DNA of 64,000 nucleotides from Octopus sinensis (taxonomy: Eukaryota): positions 41,850,001-41,914,000 of the forward strand of contig NC_043013.1 in the NCBI RefSeq assembly GCF_006345805.1, in the 5' to 3' direction. Positions 38,084-51,397 of the stretch are shown here, piece by piece. The position numbers and the translations under genes were made by a program. The notes beneath the pieces are model-generated. The model was not told the origin of the DNA and ran no database searches. It worked only from the letters and a program-made list of their open reading frames with translations. Each line of letters opens with the position of its first letter. Position 1 is the first letter of the stretch.

Positions 38084-38470
38084 GTGGAGGCGCAATGGCC
38101 CAGTGGTTAGGGCAGCGGACTCGCGGTCATAGGATCGCGGTTTCGATTCCCAGACCGGGCGTTGTGAGTGTTTATTGAGCGAAAACACCTAAAAGCTCCA
38201 CGAGGCTCCGGCAGGGGATGGTGGTGATCCCTGCTGTACTCTTTCACCACAACTTTCTCTCACTCTTACTTCCTGTTTCTGTTATACCTGTATTTCAAGG
38301 GGCCGGTCTTGTCACTCTCTGTGTCACGTTGAATATCCCCGAGAACTACGTTAAGGGTGCACGTGTCTGTGGAGTGCTCAGCCACTTACACGTTAATTTC
38401 ACGAGCAGGCTGTTCCGTTGATTCGGATCAACCGGAACCCTCATCGTCGTAACCGACGGAGTGCTTCCAC
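38084..38470 (+). mobile_element. SINE family C, full length (tail C1)
   Basis: GTGGAGGCGCAATGGCCCAGTGGTTAGGGCAGCGGACTCGCGG...CGTAACCGACGGAGTGCTTCCA. Confidence 0.9.
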
Positions 38471-38638
38471 TTGTTGATGATCTGGTCATTAATCAACACA
38501 GATCAGTGCCTAAAACACGTTATTCGTGTCAAGCAGAATCTAATTTTGCGAAGCGTTTTGTATTAACCATATATTTTATAGTAACATATTCTGTACGTAC
38601 CTGCTTCTTTTGGGTAGATCAGTACCTTCTATAATATA

Positions 38639-39204
38639 TTGGGTTGTCCGGAAAGTTCATGCCGATTTCTAAAGGAAAGAAAAAGGTCAACAAATACTTA
38701 CCATTACATTTTTAATCAACCAAATGTGAACCATTTTGTTGCGCAGTGCGTCTCTATCTTTCCTTCAACTTGAAAATACCCTCTTCCCAGAATTGAGGTG
38801 GTTTCATGGCAAAGAATTCATCAAGGTATCTTTTAACGTCATCCAAGGAATTGAAATTTTTACCATTAAGACTATTCTGCAGAGACCTGAATTAGTGGAA
38901 ATCCTAATGAGCAATATCTGGTGAATATGGAGGGTGGGGTAACACATCCCAGCCGAGCTGCAGCAATTTTCGTCTGTTTCCCAAAGCATCAAATGCCGAA
39001 AATGAATTTTCTTATTGTCCATTTTAAAGGGTTACAGAATTAACACAGGTTATAGGAACATAAACCTTCTTCCACGAAAAGATAGCTTAAATTATGCTGT
39101 AAATGGAGGTGTAGTAAAATTCTATTTTATGAACTCAACCATGTTCTAAAAAAAGTCGAAAGGTAAGCTACTATAAATCGGCACGAACTTTCCGGACAAC
39201 CCAA
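38639..39204 (-). mobile_element. Internally deleted mariner with both TIRs and TA TSD
   Basis: TA|TTGGGTTGTCCGGAAAGTTC...GAACTTTCCGGACAACCCAA|TA; MDNKKIHFRHLML is fused to C-terminal remnants. Confidence 0.88.
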
Positions 39205-39319
39205 TATTTTTATGGAAATTATCAAAGAGGGCTAGAACTTATATCAGGCTAAGTAAAAAGTAAGCAACGTTTTGAAACATGAAATTCATCCCAATATATT
39301 TCAACAATGCGGAAATTTT

Positions 39320-40380
39320 ATTATCAAACTAAGTACATTTTTGTCAACACATTTTTGTCAACGAGTTACAAGTTTGTTTATTCCAGTAACATAAAAATCT
39401 GGAGTTCTGGAGCTGATGAAATTCTTTGGGCGCACATTCAGCATCGGTTTGATTTTTAACTCCTTCTCTCACAGGAAACCATCGAGTTGCTTGAAAAAGT
39501 GGTAGTCGGTAGGAGAAAGGTTGGGAATAAGCTGGGTGGAGAAGAACTTCGTAGCCAAATACCCTCAACTTCTGGAGCGTCATTAGAGAAATGTGTAGTC
39601 GAGGATTGTCGTAAAGAATGATTGGCCATCTTCTTATTTTTGTATTGCCCACAATAGAGGGGACAAACAAGGACAGAAAAAGGGATTAAGTCGATTACAT
39701 CGACTCCAGTACGTAACTGGTACTTAATTTATCGATTCTGTTGACCAGTCTGGGGCGGAGTAGCAGTTTTCCGTTCATTTTGGTAATTTCATAGCAATAT
39801 GTTTCTGCAGTAATGGTTTTTCTGAGTTTTAAGAAGTTATAGTGGATGAGTCCAGCAGTACAACACCAGTCACCATAAGCTCCTTTTTGAAGACCTTGGG
39901 TTTAGGGAAGGTTTTGGTTCAACCACTGCGAAGAAAGTTTTTATAATTGTACAGAATCCACTTTTCATCGCATGTAACAATACGGTCGAGAAATGGATGG
40001 GTCTGGTTACAGAAAAGAAGCGACGAGCAAATTTCATATCTGCACATTTTCTGATTTTCATTCAAATCGTGTGGTACTCATTTGTCGAGCTTTTTTGATT
40101 TTCCGATCACATGCAAATGGTGGCAGGCAGCTTTCTGGCTAACCTGGGGTTCTTTTTTCAGTTCTCAAGTGGTTTTACGTGGATCTTTCTCACTGACTGT
40201 CTTTAATTGACCGTCATCCATGACCGATCGGCCAACGCAGTGGAGACTCAGGTCTCCACTGCGAAATCGTTTAAATCATTTTTTCGAGCTGACAAAAATG
40301 TTGAAATGCCTTGGGCACCCCTGCCGGACGCCACTGGGACGAATTTTCGTTTTCCTCTTATTGTTACTGCATTTTTAACA
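39320..40380 (-). pseudogene. Mariner (DD34D, Hsmar1-like) transposase pseudogene interrupted by a SINE B piece (39632-39737)
   Basis: PFLDRIVTCDEKWILYN, RPRLVN|RWPIILYDNPRLH, GYEVLLHPAYS..LSPTDYH. Confidence 0.85.
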
Positions 40381-41383
40381 CCATAAATCACCATAAAAAA
40401 CGTTATCTCAGGACAATTATTCCGGTAACTGGCCTATCGACTGTGTATATGTATTTAGCATGATACATAGATGGCTATTTTAATCTAATACTTCCTGAAT
40501 TGTGTGTAATTGGAAGAAATATTTAGACTGCTTTCGAAACACCAAGAAGGCAAAAAAAAAAGAACAACATATTCAGTGAAATGTCTGGTCATTTAGGATC
40601 AAGTAGGAGATTCTAATATATATTTATCAAGATAGTCAAGTTAATATTTCAAATGATATTAATTCATTGAGACAGACGACCGATACAGAATACAAGTAAA
40701 ATTATGCCAGGTGTACTATATAACAGAACGTCTGGCAAAGCTGTTCAGTAAAACATAGTCCGAGCAATGCACAAATAACTTCGAATGAAAGAATGAAGGA
40801 ATTACACCAATTCATGTCCAACTGTTCTTTTTTCTTCTTTTATTTCTTTTTTTTTTTTTGCAATAATATTATGAAAAGAGGTTCTTATTTACAACAAAAT
40901 GTAGTACTGTTGAATAATGACGTGGAAGAGTTCATTTTATATATACGACAATGTAAACTTTATAACGTGTATATGTTACTGCAAGGATATGTACGTGTGC
41001 ATGTATGTGTTTGTGTATGTGAAGGAATATTTCTCCGTGTGTGTGTGTGTATCGATATATGTGCGTGTTTTTGTGAGTGTGAGATATGTGTGACAACGTC
41101 GTCATACTGTGTATGCTAATATAAAAATAGGTGTCTGTTGTAATGTTGTTACAATGAATATGTTAGTGCAAAAATGTGTCTGGCGTATGTGTACGTGAGT
41201 GTTTGTGACGATGTTATTATGCTGTGTGTTAATATAAGAAGAGGTATGAGTTGCAAAGGTGTTACAACGTGTATGTTAATATAGAAAAATACGTTCGTAT
41301 GCGTGTGAGTGTCAACGTTGTTAACATACTACGGATGTTGACACAAAAATGTGTGAAACGTTAAGATTATATAGGACTGAGGA

Positions 41384-42015
41384 AAGGCGGCGAGCTGGCA
41401 GAAACGTTAAGACGCCGGGCGAAATGCGTAGCCGTATTTCGTCTGTCGTTACGTTCTGAGTTCAAATTCCGCCGAGGTCCACTTTGCCTTTCATCCTTTC
41501 GGGTTCGATTAAATAAGTACCAGTTACGCACTGGGGTCGATGTAATCGACTTAATCCGTTTGTGCGTCCTTGTTTGTACCCTCTATGTTTAGCCCTTTGT
41601 AGGCAATAATGAAATAAGAAACGTTAGCACGCCGGGCGAAATGCTTTGCGGTATTTCGTCCGCCGCTACGTTCTGAGTTCAAATTCCGCCGAGGTCGACT
41701 TTGCCTTTCATCATTTCGGAGTCGATTAAATAAGTACCAGTTATGCACTGGGATCGATAAAATCGACTTAATCCGTTTGTCTGTCCTTGCTTGTCCTCTC
41801 TGTGTTTAGCCCCTTGTGGGTAGTAACGAAATAAGTATTTCGTCTGCCGCTACGTTCTGAGTTCAAATTCTGCCGAGGTCGACTTTGCCTTTCATCCTTT
41901 CGGGGTCGATAAATAAAGTACCAGTTTCGCACTGGGGTCGATGTAATCGATTTCATCCCTTTGTCTGTCCTTGTTTGTCCCCTCTATGTTTAGCCCCTTG
42001 TGGGCAGTAAAGAAA
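41384..42015 (+). mobile_element. Head-to-tail trimer of SINE B
   Basis: Junctions GAAATAA|GAAACGTTAGCACG (about 41617) and GAAATAA|GTATTTCGTC (about 41834). Confidence 0.9.
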
Positions 42016-42117
42016 TATATATTTTAATAGAGAAAAGTATGTTCGTATGTGTGCAAGTGTCAACGTTGTTAACAAACGACAGATATTGACACAAAAATGT
42101 GTGAACTATGTTTGTGC

Positions 42118-42149
<32 letters not shown>

Positions 42150-43050
42150 CGTGCGTGCGTGTGTGCGTGCTCATGCATGCGTGTTTGAAAGAAAATTTAT
42201 CACAGCACGTTCTTTCCATCGTGTGTCTGCTTATGAAGGAGATTTTTTCAGAGCGTATAGAAGAGAGACACAAAATCGAATATTGTGAAGTAGAAGCACA
42301 AGACTACAATTCTCTTAATCTGAGTTGTGAGAGAATAAAGTATGTGAGAGACGAGGAAGTGTCAAAAAGAACCAAGAGAATCAGTGTGAGAGAATAACTG
42401 TGCAAAAGAACTGTCTTCTTTGCTTGGCCAACTGACTAAAAGCTCGCCTGAACCCTTCATTGATAACGAACGCTTCGCTGATCGATGAAAATGTAACCTT
42501 TTTTTATTAGTCAAAGGATTGGCAAAACTAGCGGATGCTCACAAATGACAGTCATCGATTAGTGAAAAAAATAAAGTGAGGATTTGTCTGGAAGGTGAAT
42601 TGTATGAGAAAAAAATCCAAAAGCTGTGGAGGAGGAAAAGAAGCGCGAAAATAAGATGGAATGCAGATGGGAAAATAGCCAGGTAATGTAGAATTGGCGC
42701 AATGTTCTATTGATCCCAGGAATGAAGACAAACTGCCCTCTGTACACGTTCTCTTTCTTTCCGTTCCATATGGCTTGAAAAAAATATTTTAATCATTTGG
42801 TATTCATTTAAATGCGTTCGCTTTATCTTTTTCTTTTTCTTTTCTTCTTGGCATTCCTTCGTTGTACGTCTGAAAAGAGGTAAAATTTATTCAAATTTCA
42901 AAAGCGATGAACAAATGTTGGAGAAGACGAAAAGAGCTGCAAAATACCATAAAACACTACGATGAGAATACTTTTTCACGTTACGTCAAATAACATTGGA
43001 AAGAATTAAAATAGATGAAAAAAAGCGAACGAATATTTTATACAACGCTA

Positions 43051-43680
43051 AAGGCGGCGAGCTGGCAGAATCGTTAGCACACCGGGCGAAATTCATAGCA
43101 TCTATCTTTACGTTCTGAGTTCAAATTCCGCCGGGGTCGACTTTGCCTTTCATCCTTTCGAGGTCGATTAAATAAGTACCAGTTACGCACTGGGGTCGAT
43201 ATAATTGACTTAATCCCTTTGTCTGTTCTTGTTTGTCCTCTCTATGTTTAGCACCTTGTGGGCAGTAAAGAAATAGAATCGTTAGCACGCCGGGCGAAAT
43301 TCATAGCGCCTGTCTTAACGTTCTGAGTTCAAATTCCACCGGGGTCGACTTTGCCTTTCATCCTTTCGAGGTCGATTAAATAAGTACCAGTTACGCACTG
43401 GGGTCGATATAATCGACTTAATCCTTTTGTCTGTTCTTGTTTGTCCTCTCTATGTTTAGCACCTTGTGGGCAGTAAAGAAATAAGAATCGTTAGCACGCC
43501 GGGCAAAATTCTTAGCATCTGCCGTTACGTTCTGAGTTCAAATTCCGCCGGGGTCGACTTTGCCTTTCATCCCTTCGGGGTCGATAAAATAAGTGCCAGT
43601 AGAGCACTGCGATCGATGTAATCAACATAGCCCTTCCCCCAACTTGTTGGTCTTCTTGCACCATAATTTGAAATCAATAT
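43051..43680 (+). mobile_element. Head-to-tail trimer of SINE B (last unit with a different tail)
   Basis: Junctions at about 43276 and 43485 restart at GAATCGTTAGCACG. Confidence 0.9.
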
Positions 43681-44146
43681 TTTACTCCGTTTACGCAAGT
43701 TGTACTTGATTCCGTTCTGCCATTTGGTTTTACAATTTTTAATTACATTCGACTTTGCTTCAGCTTAGAAAAAAAAAATACTGAAGGTACTCACTATCCG
43801 TATTTGAAAAAGGATTAAATTTCATAATAAAATACGATTCTTGAAATTATATCAATCACCAAAGACGGACGATGTGACTATCGAACATTAACAATCGATA
43901 CGTCAAAATTGCTAAAGAACGGAAAATATTCAATAAAGAAAATTGCGTTTTCATTCTTTTTTTTTTCTTTTTTGTTCATCTAATCTCTCCATCTCGTACT
44001 GAAAATCAGTCCATCCATGACCCCCATTCCTCTAAGTTTCCTCGTTTCTGTGGATGGTTTTGTAAGATGCTAGATAAGAAAGAGATTATTCAAGCCTCCT
44101 CTGTTTATAGAACAAAAGAACAGTGCCAGCAATATCCAAAGTTCAT

Positions 44147-44179
<33 letters not shown>

Positions 44180-44359
44180 CTGCCTCTCTGCCTCTCTCTC
44201 CCTCTCTGTATCTGCCTCTCTCTCTCTATCTATCAGCTTCTCTCTCTCTCTCCCTCTACCCAGCTCTTTAATCATTAGGTCATGCGCCCTCACTAAAAAG
44301 ATCATCCCAACCCTTTTTCGGGGAACATCATATAACATCAATGATATTCTTTTATTCTT

Positions 44360-44700
44360 ATAACAGTTTCAGTTGTAGGACTGCGGCCATGCTGGAGCAC
44401 CAACTTAACTTATTTATCCAATGCCTTTTTTAATGTTTCAGGAGAGATTCCTTTTATATTTCTGATTTCTTTATGCAAACATTTGAACTGGTGAAGGCCT
44501 CTAAATATCATACTCGTACAACAGAGTGTTTTTGTTCGTGATTTCAAAGGTGGTATAATGTTATCATGAACGTATAGAATATCATGAAAGTACAGTTTCA
44601 TGATATTTCTCGAGCAAGCTCGTTTACTATACTTCTCTAGGGAAACGTTCATAGAATTGATTTGCTTCTGGTTCATCTGAAAATGGCAAATATAGAGGCA
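44360..44700 (-). mobile_element. Decayed CR1/L2-group LINE 3' fragment followed by an A-type tail
   Basis: FRGLHQFKCLHKEIRNIKGISPETLKKALDK resembles FRGPQLFNILPKCLRDLHGV..FKTKLD; then GGTGCTCCAGCATGGCCGCAGTC. Confidence 0.65.
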
Positions 44701-44811
44701 CCCAGAACAATTTGTAACACGTAGGTCTATGTAAGTAGTTATAAAATTTGACCCAGCTTATCGACAGAGTGAAAGGTCACCTTTCAGTAAGTAAACTAAC
44801 ATCTCACTACG

Positions 44812-45617
44812 AATCCAGGTAAAAAAAAGTCACAGGGGTTTTGTCCGAGGGAGTTTTGTCCTAAGGGGGGTTTGTTCGGATCCCATAAATTTATTGTGAC
44901 TTTTTTCCTGTGACTTTATTACCGGCCACCATAAATAAATTGTCTTTTTTCCCTGTGACTTTTTTCCTAGCCAAAATTGTGACTTTGTTACTGTGACTTT
45001 TTCTCCTGTCACTTTATTACCGGCCACCATAAATAAATTGTGACATTTTCCCTGTGACTTTTCTCCTAGCCAAAATTGTAAATTTATTACTGTAACTTTT
45101 TTCCTGTGACTTTATTAACGGTCACCCCCACGACAGCAACATATGTTGTGTAGTTACTATATTTTGTACATTTGAAACAGTCCAATGCAGAGACATAAGG
45201 AAATGATAAATGATGGATGATGTGATAGAAGTACTGGAACCCAGTGCAGACGATATAAGAAATAATACATTATATCATTATTTAACCACTCGTTGAGCTG
45301 AGGCACGCTGTGAAGGTGTGCTAGGGCCTTGACCCAGAGGTCTGTTGATCGAGACTAATACTCTGCAAAGGAATGGATGCTAGTCTTTGATATTTAAACA
45401 TCGCAACTGAGTTATCTACACATATAGCCAGTCATATAAATGGTGACCGGCAATAAAGTCACAATTTTGGCTAGGAAAAAAGTCGCAATTAATTTATGGG
45501 ATCCGGACAAAACTTCCTCGGACAATCTCCTCTTCTCTGGACAAAAGCTCTGTGACTTTTTTCAGTGACTTTTTTTTCCTGTGACTTTTTACCTGTGACT
45601 TTTTTTTTACCTGGATT
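44812..45617. mobile_element. Fold-back/MITE-like structure with TIRs and internal (TGTGACTTTTTTCC)-type subrepeats
   Basis: AATCCAGGTAAAAAAAAGTCACAGG (44812) versus CCTGTGACTTTTTTTTTACCTGGATT (45617); inner inverted ends GGTCACC/GGTGACC. Confidence 0.7.
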
Positions 45618-46729
45618 GATATAAATGTATATATAACTCAGGCGAGGGTACAAATCACTTTATGCAATAGGAACTGACTGGAGTACACCGAGGAACGAGG
45701 TGTGCAAAAACGATGACTGAACTTTTCACTTTTAATATAGGATGAATGTATGGTACAAGACCTTTTTAACTTTTAAAGATGATAAATGTAACGGAATGAT
45801 AAGTATTACAATGCTGTTTATTTCCTTATCCTAAGCCCTAACCTTAAACGCATTTCTGAGAATATTGCTTCACTTTTTACCACAATTATTCCGAGACCAC
45901 CAGTCTGTATGAGATGGTTATGAGATATTTAGTTGCAAAGGAAATAAACGGCAATTGCGATTTCCTATATGTCGATAAGGTAAGCTTCTTGTTGACTAAA
46001 ATTACCAAAAAATTAAATCTATAAAAGCCCGTAATATTTCTTTTTTATAATTAATTCCTCCAAAAATCATTTTCAAAAGGAGCATACAAAAATATTTCAA
46101 AAAGAATTATGTACAGCAAATCAAACGGAAAAGATACAAAGATGATATTAGTTCAAATTGCTCGTGATTCATATATCATTACTTCAGAAAATATGAACAA
46201 CTATAAGAACTCGCTGATGAGGTTATAATAGCAATGAATTTACACATACATATACATTTATACGACGGGCTTCTTTCAGTTTCCGTCTACCAAATCCACT
46301 CACAAAGCTTTGGACGGCCCGAGGCTATAGAAGAAGACACTTGCCCAAGGTGCCACCGTGGGACTGAACCCGGAACCATGTGGTTGGTAAGCAAGCTACT
46401 TACCACACAACCACTCCTGCGCCTTGACAAAGTATTACACATGGCCTACTACTGTTAAAGTGGAGCCGCGTGGCTTAGTGATTAGGGTGCTGCACTCACG
46501 AACGTAAGACTATGGTTTCGATTCCTGGACCGGGAGATGCATGGTTGTTCTTGAGCGAAACACTTCATTTCACTTTGCTCCAACCCACTAAGCTGGCAAA
46601 AAGGAATAATCCTGCGACGGACCGGAATCCCATCTAGGTGGAGAATATATACCCCACAGAATCCGGAGACCGGCCTTATGAGCTTATGGCTCAGAAATTA
46701 CCTTTGATCCATTTTTCGTTTCTTTATTG

Positions 46730-47148
46730 TTATTTCTTTATTGACCACAAGAGGCTAAACATAGAAGGGACAAACAAGGACAGACAAAGGGATTAAGTCG
46801 ATTAGATCGACCCCAGTGCGTAACTGGTACTTAATTTATCGACCCCGAAAGGATGAAAGGCAAAGTCAAACTCGGCGGAATTTGAACTCAGAGCGTAACG
46901 GCAGACGAAATACCTATTTCTTTACTGCCCACAAAGGGGCGAAACACAGGAGGGACAAACAAGGACAGACAAACGGATGAAGTCGATTATATCGACCCCA
47001 GTGCGTAACTGGTACTTATTTATCGACCCTGAAAGGATGAAAGGCAAAGTCGACATCGGTAGAATTCGAACTCAGAACGTAGCGGCAGACGAAATCCCGC
47101 TAAGCATTTCGCCCGGCATGCTAACGTTTCTGCCAGCTCGCCGCCTTG
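46730..47148 (-). mobile_element. SINE B dimer
   Basis: Junction GAAATA|GGTATTTCGTCTGCCG at about 46913. Confidence 0.88.
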
Positions 47149-47254
47149 TATTATATTATATACACGCCTATTTATTGTAATATATACACACCAGCGAAGC
47201 ATACTCTCTTATACACGCATTGTACGAGACTCGACAACGCATTGTACATTGCCT

Positions 47255-47480
47255 TTCACTGTTAAAGTGGAGGCGCATGGCTTAGTGGGTAGGATGTTGG
47301 ACTCGCGATAGTAAGATTTTGTTTCGATTCCTGAACCGGACGGCGCGTTGTGTTCTTGAGCAAAACACTTAATTTCACGCTGTTCCAGTCCACCATGCTG
47401 TGAGTAATCCTGTGCGGGATCGGCGTCCCGTCCAGGTGGGGGAATATAGACGCCACAGAAACCGGGGAAACCGACCTTTT
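47255..47480 (+). mobile_element. SINE family E (related copy at 46460-46690)
   Basis: tRNA head GTGGAGGCGCATGGCTTAGTG...GTTTCGATTCCTG; tail CCCGTCCAGGTGG...GAAACCGGG.AAACCG. Confidence 0.75.
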
Positions 47481-48171
47481 CATTCTATATGACTCGGCAA
47501 GGATCGTTATCCGATTTTCTTTTTTAACTATTAAAAATATTTTGTTAAAACTGTCAAGGGTTGAGATGTATCCATGATGATCAAACGCAAAAATCTTCAG
47601 AGTCGTGTTGTTTAACAAATTTAGGTGTTTATAATGTTTTGAACGCATAATAACAATAAAAGAAGAAGGGTCAGAACGGACTAACACTGATACCAGTTGT
47701 TTAGTAATCATTTACTCCAGATGACAAATTCATCACAAATGAATGTGTTGGCACTTAATTATCAACATCGTATAATTAATCTTTCTCAGAACTTCCTGTA
47801 CTGTCAATGTTGTGACAATCTGATGAAGGATTAAAAAAAAACATTTAAAAAGAATCCGCGGAAGTAAGGATGAATTAAAGCGATTCCACTTAGATGAAAG
47901 CCTTTTGAAACATTAATTTGACTTTCAAAACAGCTACAATCGTTACATAACTTTGATATATTTGTATAAACTTTATTATACAGGGATCTTTTATGTCATT
48001 CACAATAACGTTTGCGCAAAGTATTAAGGAAATGAAAGCTTTCAATAATAACCTATTCACTTTTATCTTTTACTTGTTTCAGTCATTGGACTGTGATCAT
48101 GCTGGAACATCACCCTGAAGGGTTTTAGTTTCTAACAAATTGTTCCCAGTGCTTATTTTTAGGTCTGGTAC

Positions 48172-48465
48172 TGAGAGCGCATGGCTCAGCGGTTAAAGCG
48201 TCCGGCTCATAATCATGAGGTAATGAGTTTGATTCCCAGACCAGGCTGTGTGTTGTGTTCTCTTGAGCAAGACACTTTATTTCACGTTGCTGCAGTTCAC
48301 TCAGCTGTAGAAATGAGTTGTGACGTCACTGGTGCCAAGCTGTATCGGCCTTTGCTTTTCCCTTGGATAACATCAGTGGGTGGAATGCATGGGCGACTGC
48401 TGGTCTTCCATAAGCAACATTGCCCAGACTTGTGCCTCAGAGGGGAACTTCCAGAGGGCATCCCC
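48172..48465 (+). mobile_element. SINE family D, (TACA)n tail (inverse copy at 52850-53110)
   Basis: GAGAGCGCATGGCTCAGCGGTTAAAGCGTCCGGCTCATAATC...TTGAGCAAGACACTTTATTTCACGTTGCT...GTCACTGGTGCCAAGCTGTATCGGCC. Confidence 0.8.
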
Positions 48466-48497
<32 letters not shown>

Positions 48498-48511
48498 CAT
48501 ACATACATACA

Positions 48512-48545
<34 letters not shown>

Positions 48546-49276
48546 ATTCACTTTGCTCCAGTTCATTCAACAGTAGAAATAGACAGCAATGTCCTTTGTT
48601 TTTCCTTTATATTAAATTAGAGATGTGGGGCTTAGAAATAACTATTACCGTTCCGTGCTTGTGGTATGGGATGTGACGTCAATGACTTTACAGCAGTAGC
48701 AAAATTATGATACGTATATCTCGGATAATTTCATATTAAGTTACTTATTAATTTTACACCCCTTATTGTCATTTAAAGTCTCTCACGCACTTATATATAA
48801 TGTTGTCCAGAAATAAAGAATAAAATTTTAACAAGTATAAAAAATACAATATTACAAAAGACAAACCAGTGAACAGATCTATTAAACTGATAAATACAAT
48901 TTTATTTATTGATATATTCATCGCACACCATAAAAACATATCTAAGCAGTTCATTACATTAAATTCTTATATCTTCAGTATACATTGTTGTTAATCACAT
49001 GTAAAAACTAAAGAATATATAAATTTATACATCGACTATTGCAAAAACACCACCTTACTACAGCGACAGAAGTACAGTTGAATTAAGTTACACTACACAG
49101 ACACACCTATATACATGTATATAGCTCTTTAGATTATTTGATTTAGTTTTATATTTGCTGACACACTTTATTAAATGAAGCTCCACGTTTATGACAACAA
49201 AGATAAGCGAATGGAGTCGTTTTTATATAAGTCGCTGAAAATCGCCTCGGTGGTGGCCTTCTATTGACATTTCAAT

Positions 49277-49339
49277 CACCTGAAGATTGACTGTTACTCG
49301 AATTATTACGAATTGGACAGCCATGAAACGATCGTAGTG
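49277..49339 (+). ncRNA. Candidate type I hammerhead ribozyme
   Basis: CAC-CUGAAGA-UUGACUGUU...GGACAGCCAU-GAAA-CGAUCG-UA-GUG: intact core, palindromic stem III (ACGAUCGU), GUA site, short stem I. Confidence 0.6.
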
Positions 49340-49466
49340 TTATACTCATTATCTTTTTTTAATAATTTTGATATATATTTAAAATAATATAAATTAATTA
49401 ATCTTATGTATTGGTTTAAGTTTTTCATTGTTTGATTTGCCTAATAGTGGTTTTATCTCTAATTTA

Positions 49467-49512
<46 letters not shown>

Positions 49513-50404
49513 CGACTGGCTTCATTCGGTTCCCGTCTACCAAATCCACTCACAAAGCTTTGGTCGGCCCGAGGCTATAGTAGAAGACATTTGCCCAAGG
49601 TGCCACGCAGTGGGATTGAACCCGGAACCATGTGTTTGGTAAGCAAGCTACTTACCACTCAGCCACTCCTGTTATAAAAAAAAATTATTTTCCAAAATTC
49701 CAATTTTTAAGTAAACAAAATGTATTCAATCGAAAATAAATATGTAGAATAGAGTAACAAAACAAAAGACTCTTTACTACTCAATTCACATATTGTCTGA
49801 ATTCTAACAAAAAGGGAAAGCATTTACTTCAAGAAATGTGTAGAAACAAAAACGATAAGAGGTACGTTTGAATGACCAGCCTTCGGTGCCATAATTCTGT
49901 TAGACATTCAACGGCCGGAGAAAGTTCAAAAGGTCAGCTCATTCTCATTAATCTGTAAGTGCTGAGAGAAGAAAACAGAAAGCTTTAAATTCAAATTTTA
50001 AAATGCTGATTTTTCTGCGACTAAAAATTCTTCAAAACGGTGCCCCAGCATGGCCGCAGTCCAATAACTGCAACAAGTAAAAATAATTTTAAAATTATGA
50101 CGTCGTTACATTCGACTAAAAATTCTTCATGGAAGTGCCCCAGCATGGCCGCATTCTAGTTACTGCATCAAGTAAAAGGTGAATACAAAAACAAAGAAAT
50201 AACCGAAAAATATAACCGTGGAGCTTTTATCCACTTTTACACTTTAATTATGGGGCTTTTGTCCGAGGGTATTTTGTCCGTGGAGCTTTTGTCCTAGGGG
50301 GATTTGCACACATATACGCACACACGGCAGACTTGCACAGTTTCCGTCTACCAAATTCACTTACTTGGCATTGGTCAGCCCAGGGCTATAATTTTTTTTA
50401 GTTA

Positions 50405-50786
50405 GGAGCACTCCGTCGGTTACGACGATGAGGGTCCCAGCTGATACGATCAACGGAACAGCTTGCTCGTGGAATTAACGTGCAAGTGGCTGAGCATTCC
50501 ACAGACACGTGTACCCTTAACGTAGTTCTCGAGGAGATTCAGCGTGACACAGAGTGTGACAAGGCTGGCCCTTTGAAATACAGGTACATCAGAAACAGGA
50601 AGAAAGAGTGAGAGAAAGCTGTGGCGAAAGAGTACAGCAGGGTTCACCACCACCCCCTGCAGGAGCCTTGTGAAGCTTTAGGTGTTTTCGCTCAATAAAC
50701 ACTCACAATGTCCGGTCTGGGAATCGAAACCGCGATCCTACGACCGCGATTCCGCTGCCCTAACCACAGGGCCATTGTGCCTCCAC
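50405..50786 (-). mobile_element. SINE family C, full length
   Basis: Matches 38084 in reverse. Confidence 0.9.
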
Positions 50787-51013
50787 TCAGGGCTATAATA
50801 GAAGTCACATGTCCAAGGTACCTCGCAACCGTCTGAATTCTTTTACATACTATAACAACCTTGTACTCTTCTTATCATTTTCGGAACCTTTTTATCATGA
50901 CTCATATGCAGAGAAATTTCACTTTTCTGTTCGATTATCAAATATGAACACTTTCCTTTTTCCACAACCACGGTAGGCCATCAACAAACAGCGCTACTTG
51001 TGAAATGGATGGA

Positions 51014-51397
51014 TGGAAGCACTCCGTCGGTTACGACGATGAGGGTTCCGGTTGATCCGACCAACAGAACAGCCTGCTCGTGAAATTAACGTGTAAGTGG
51101 CTGAGCACTCCACAGACACGTGTACCCTTAACGTAGTTCTCGGGGATATTCAGCGTGAAACAGAGAGTGACAAGACCGGCCCTTTGAAATACAGGTACAA
51201 CAGAAACAGGAAGAAAGAGTGAGAGAAAGTTGTGACGAAAGAGTACAACAGGGATCACCACCATCCCCTGCCGGAGCCTCGTGGAGCTTTAGGTGTTTTC
51301 GCTCAATAAACACTCACAACGCCCGGTCTGGGAATCGAAACCGCGATCCTACGACCGCGATTCCGCTGCCCTAACCACTGGGCCATTGCGCCTCCAC
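51014..51397 (-). mobile_element. SINE family C with (TCCA)n tail and TSD TTGTGAAAT
   Basis: ACTTGTGAAAT flanks both ends. Confidence 0.9.

Noticed and set aside
47262-47711. 149-aa minus-strand ORF
   Set aside because: Half of it is antisense SINE E; the remainder has no recognisable domain or splice signals.
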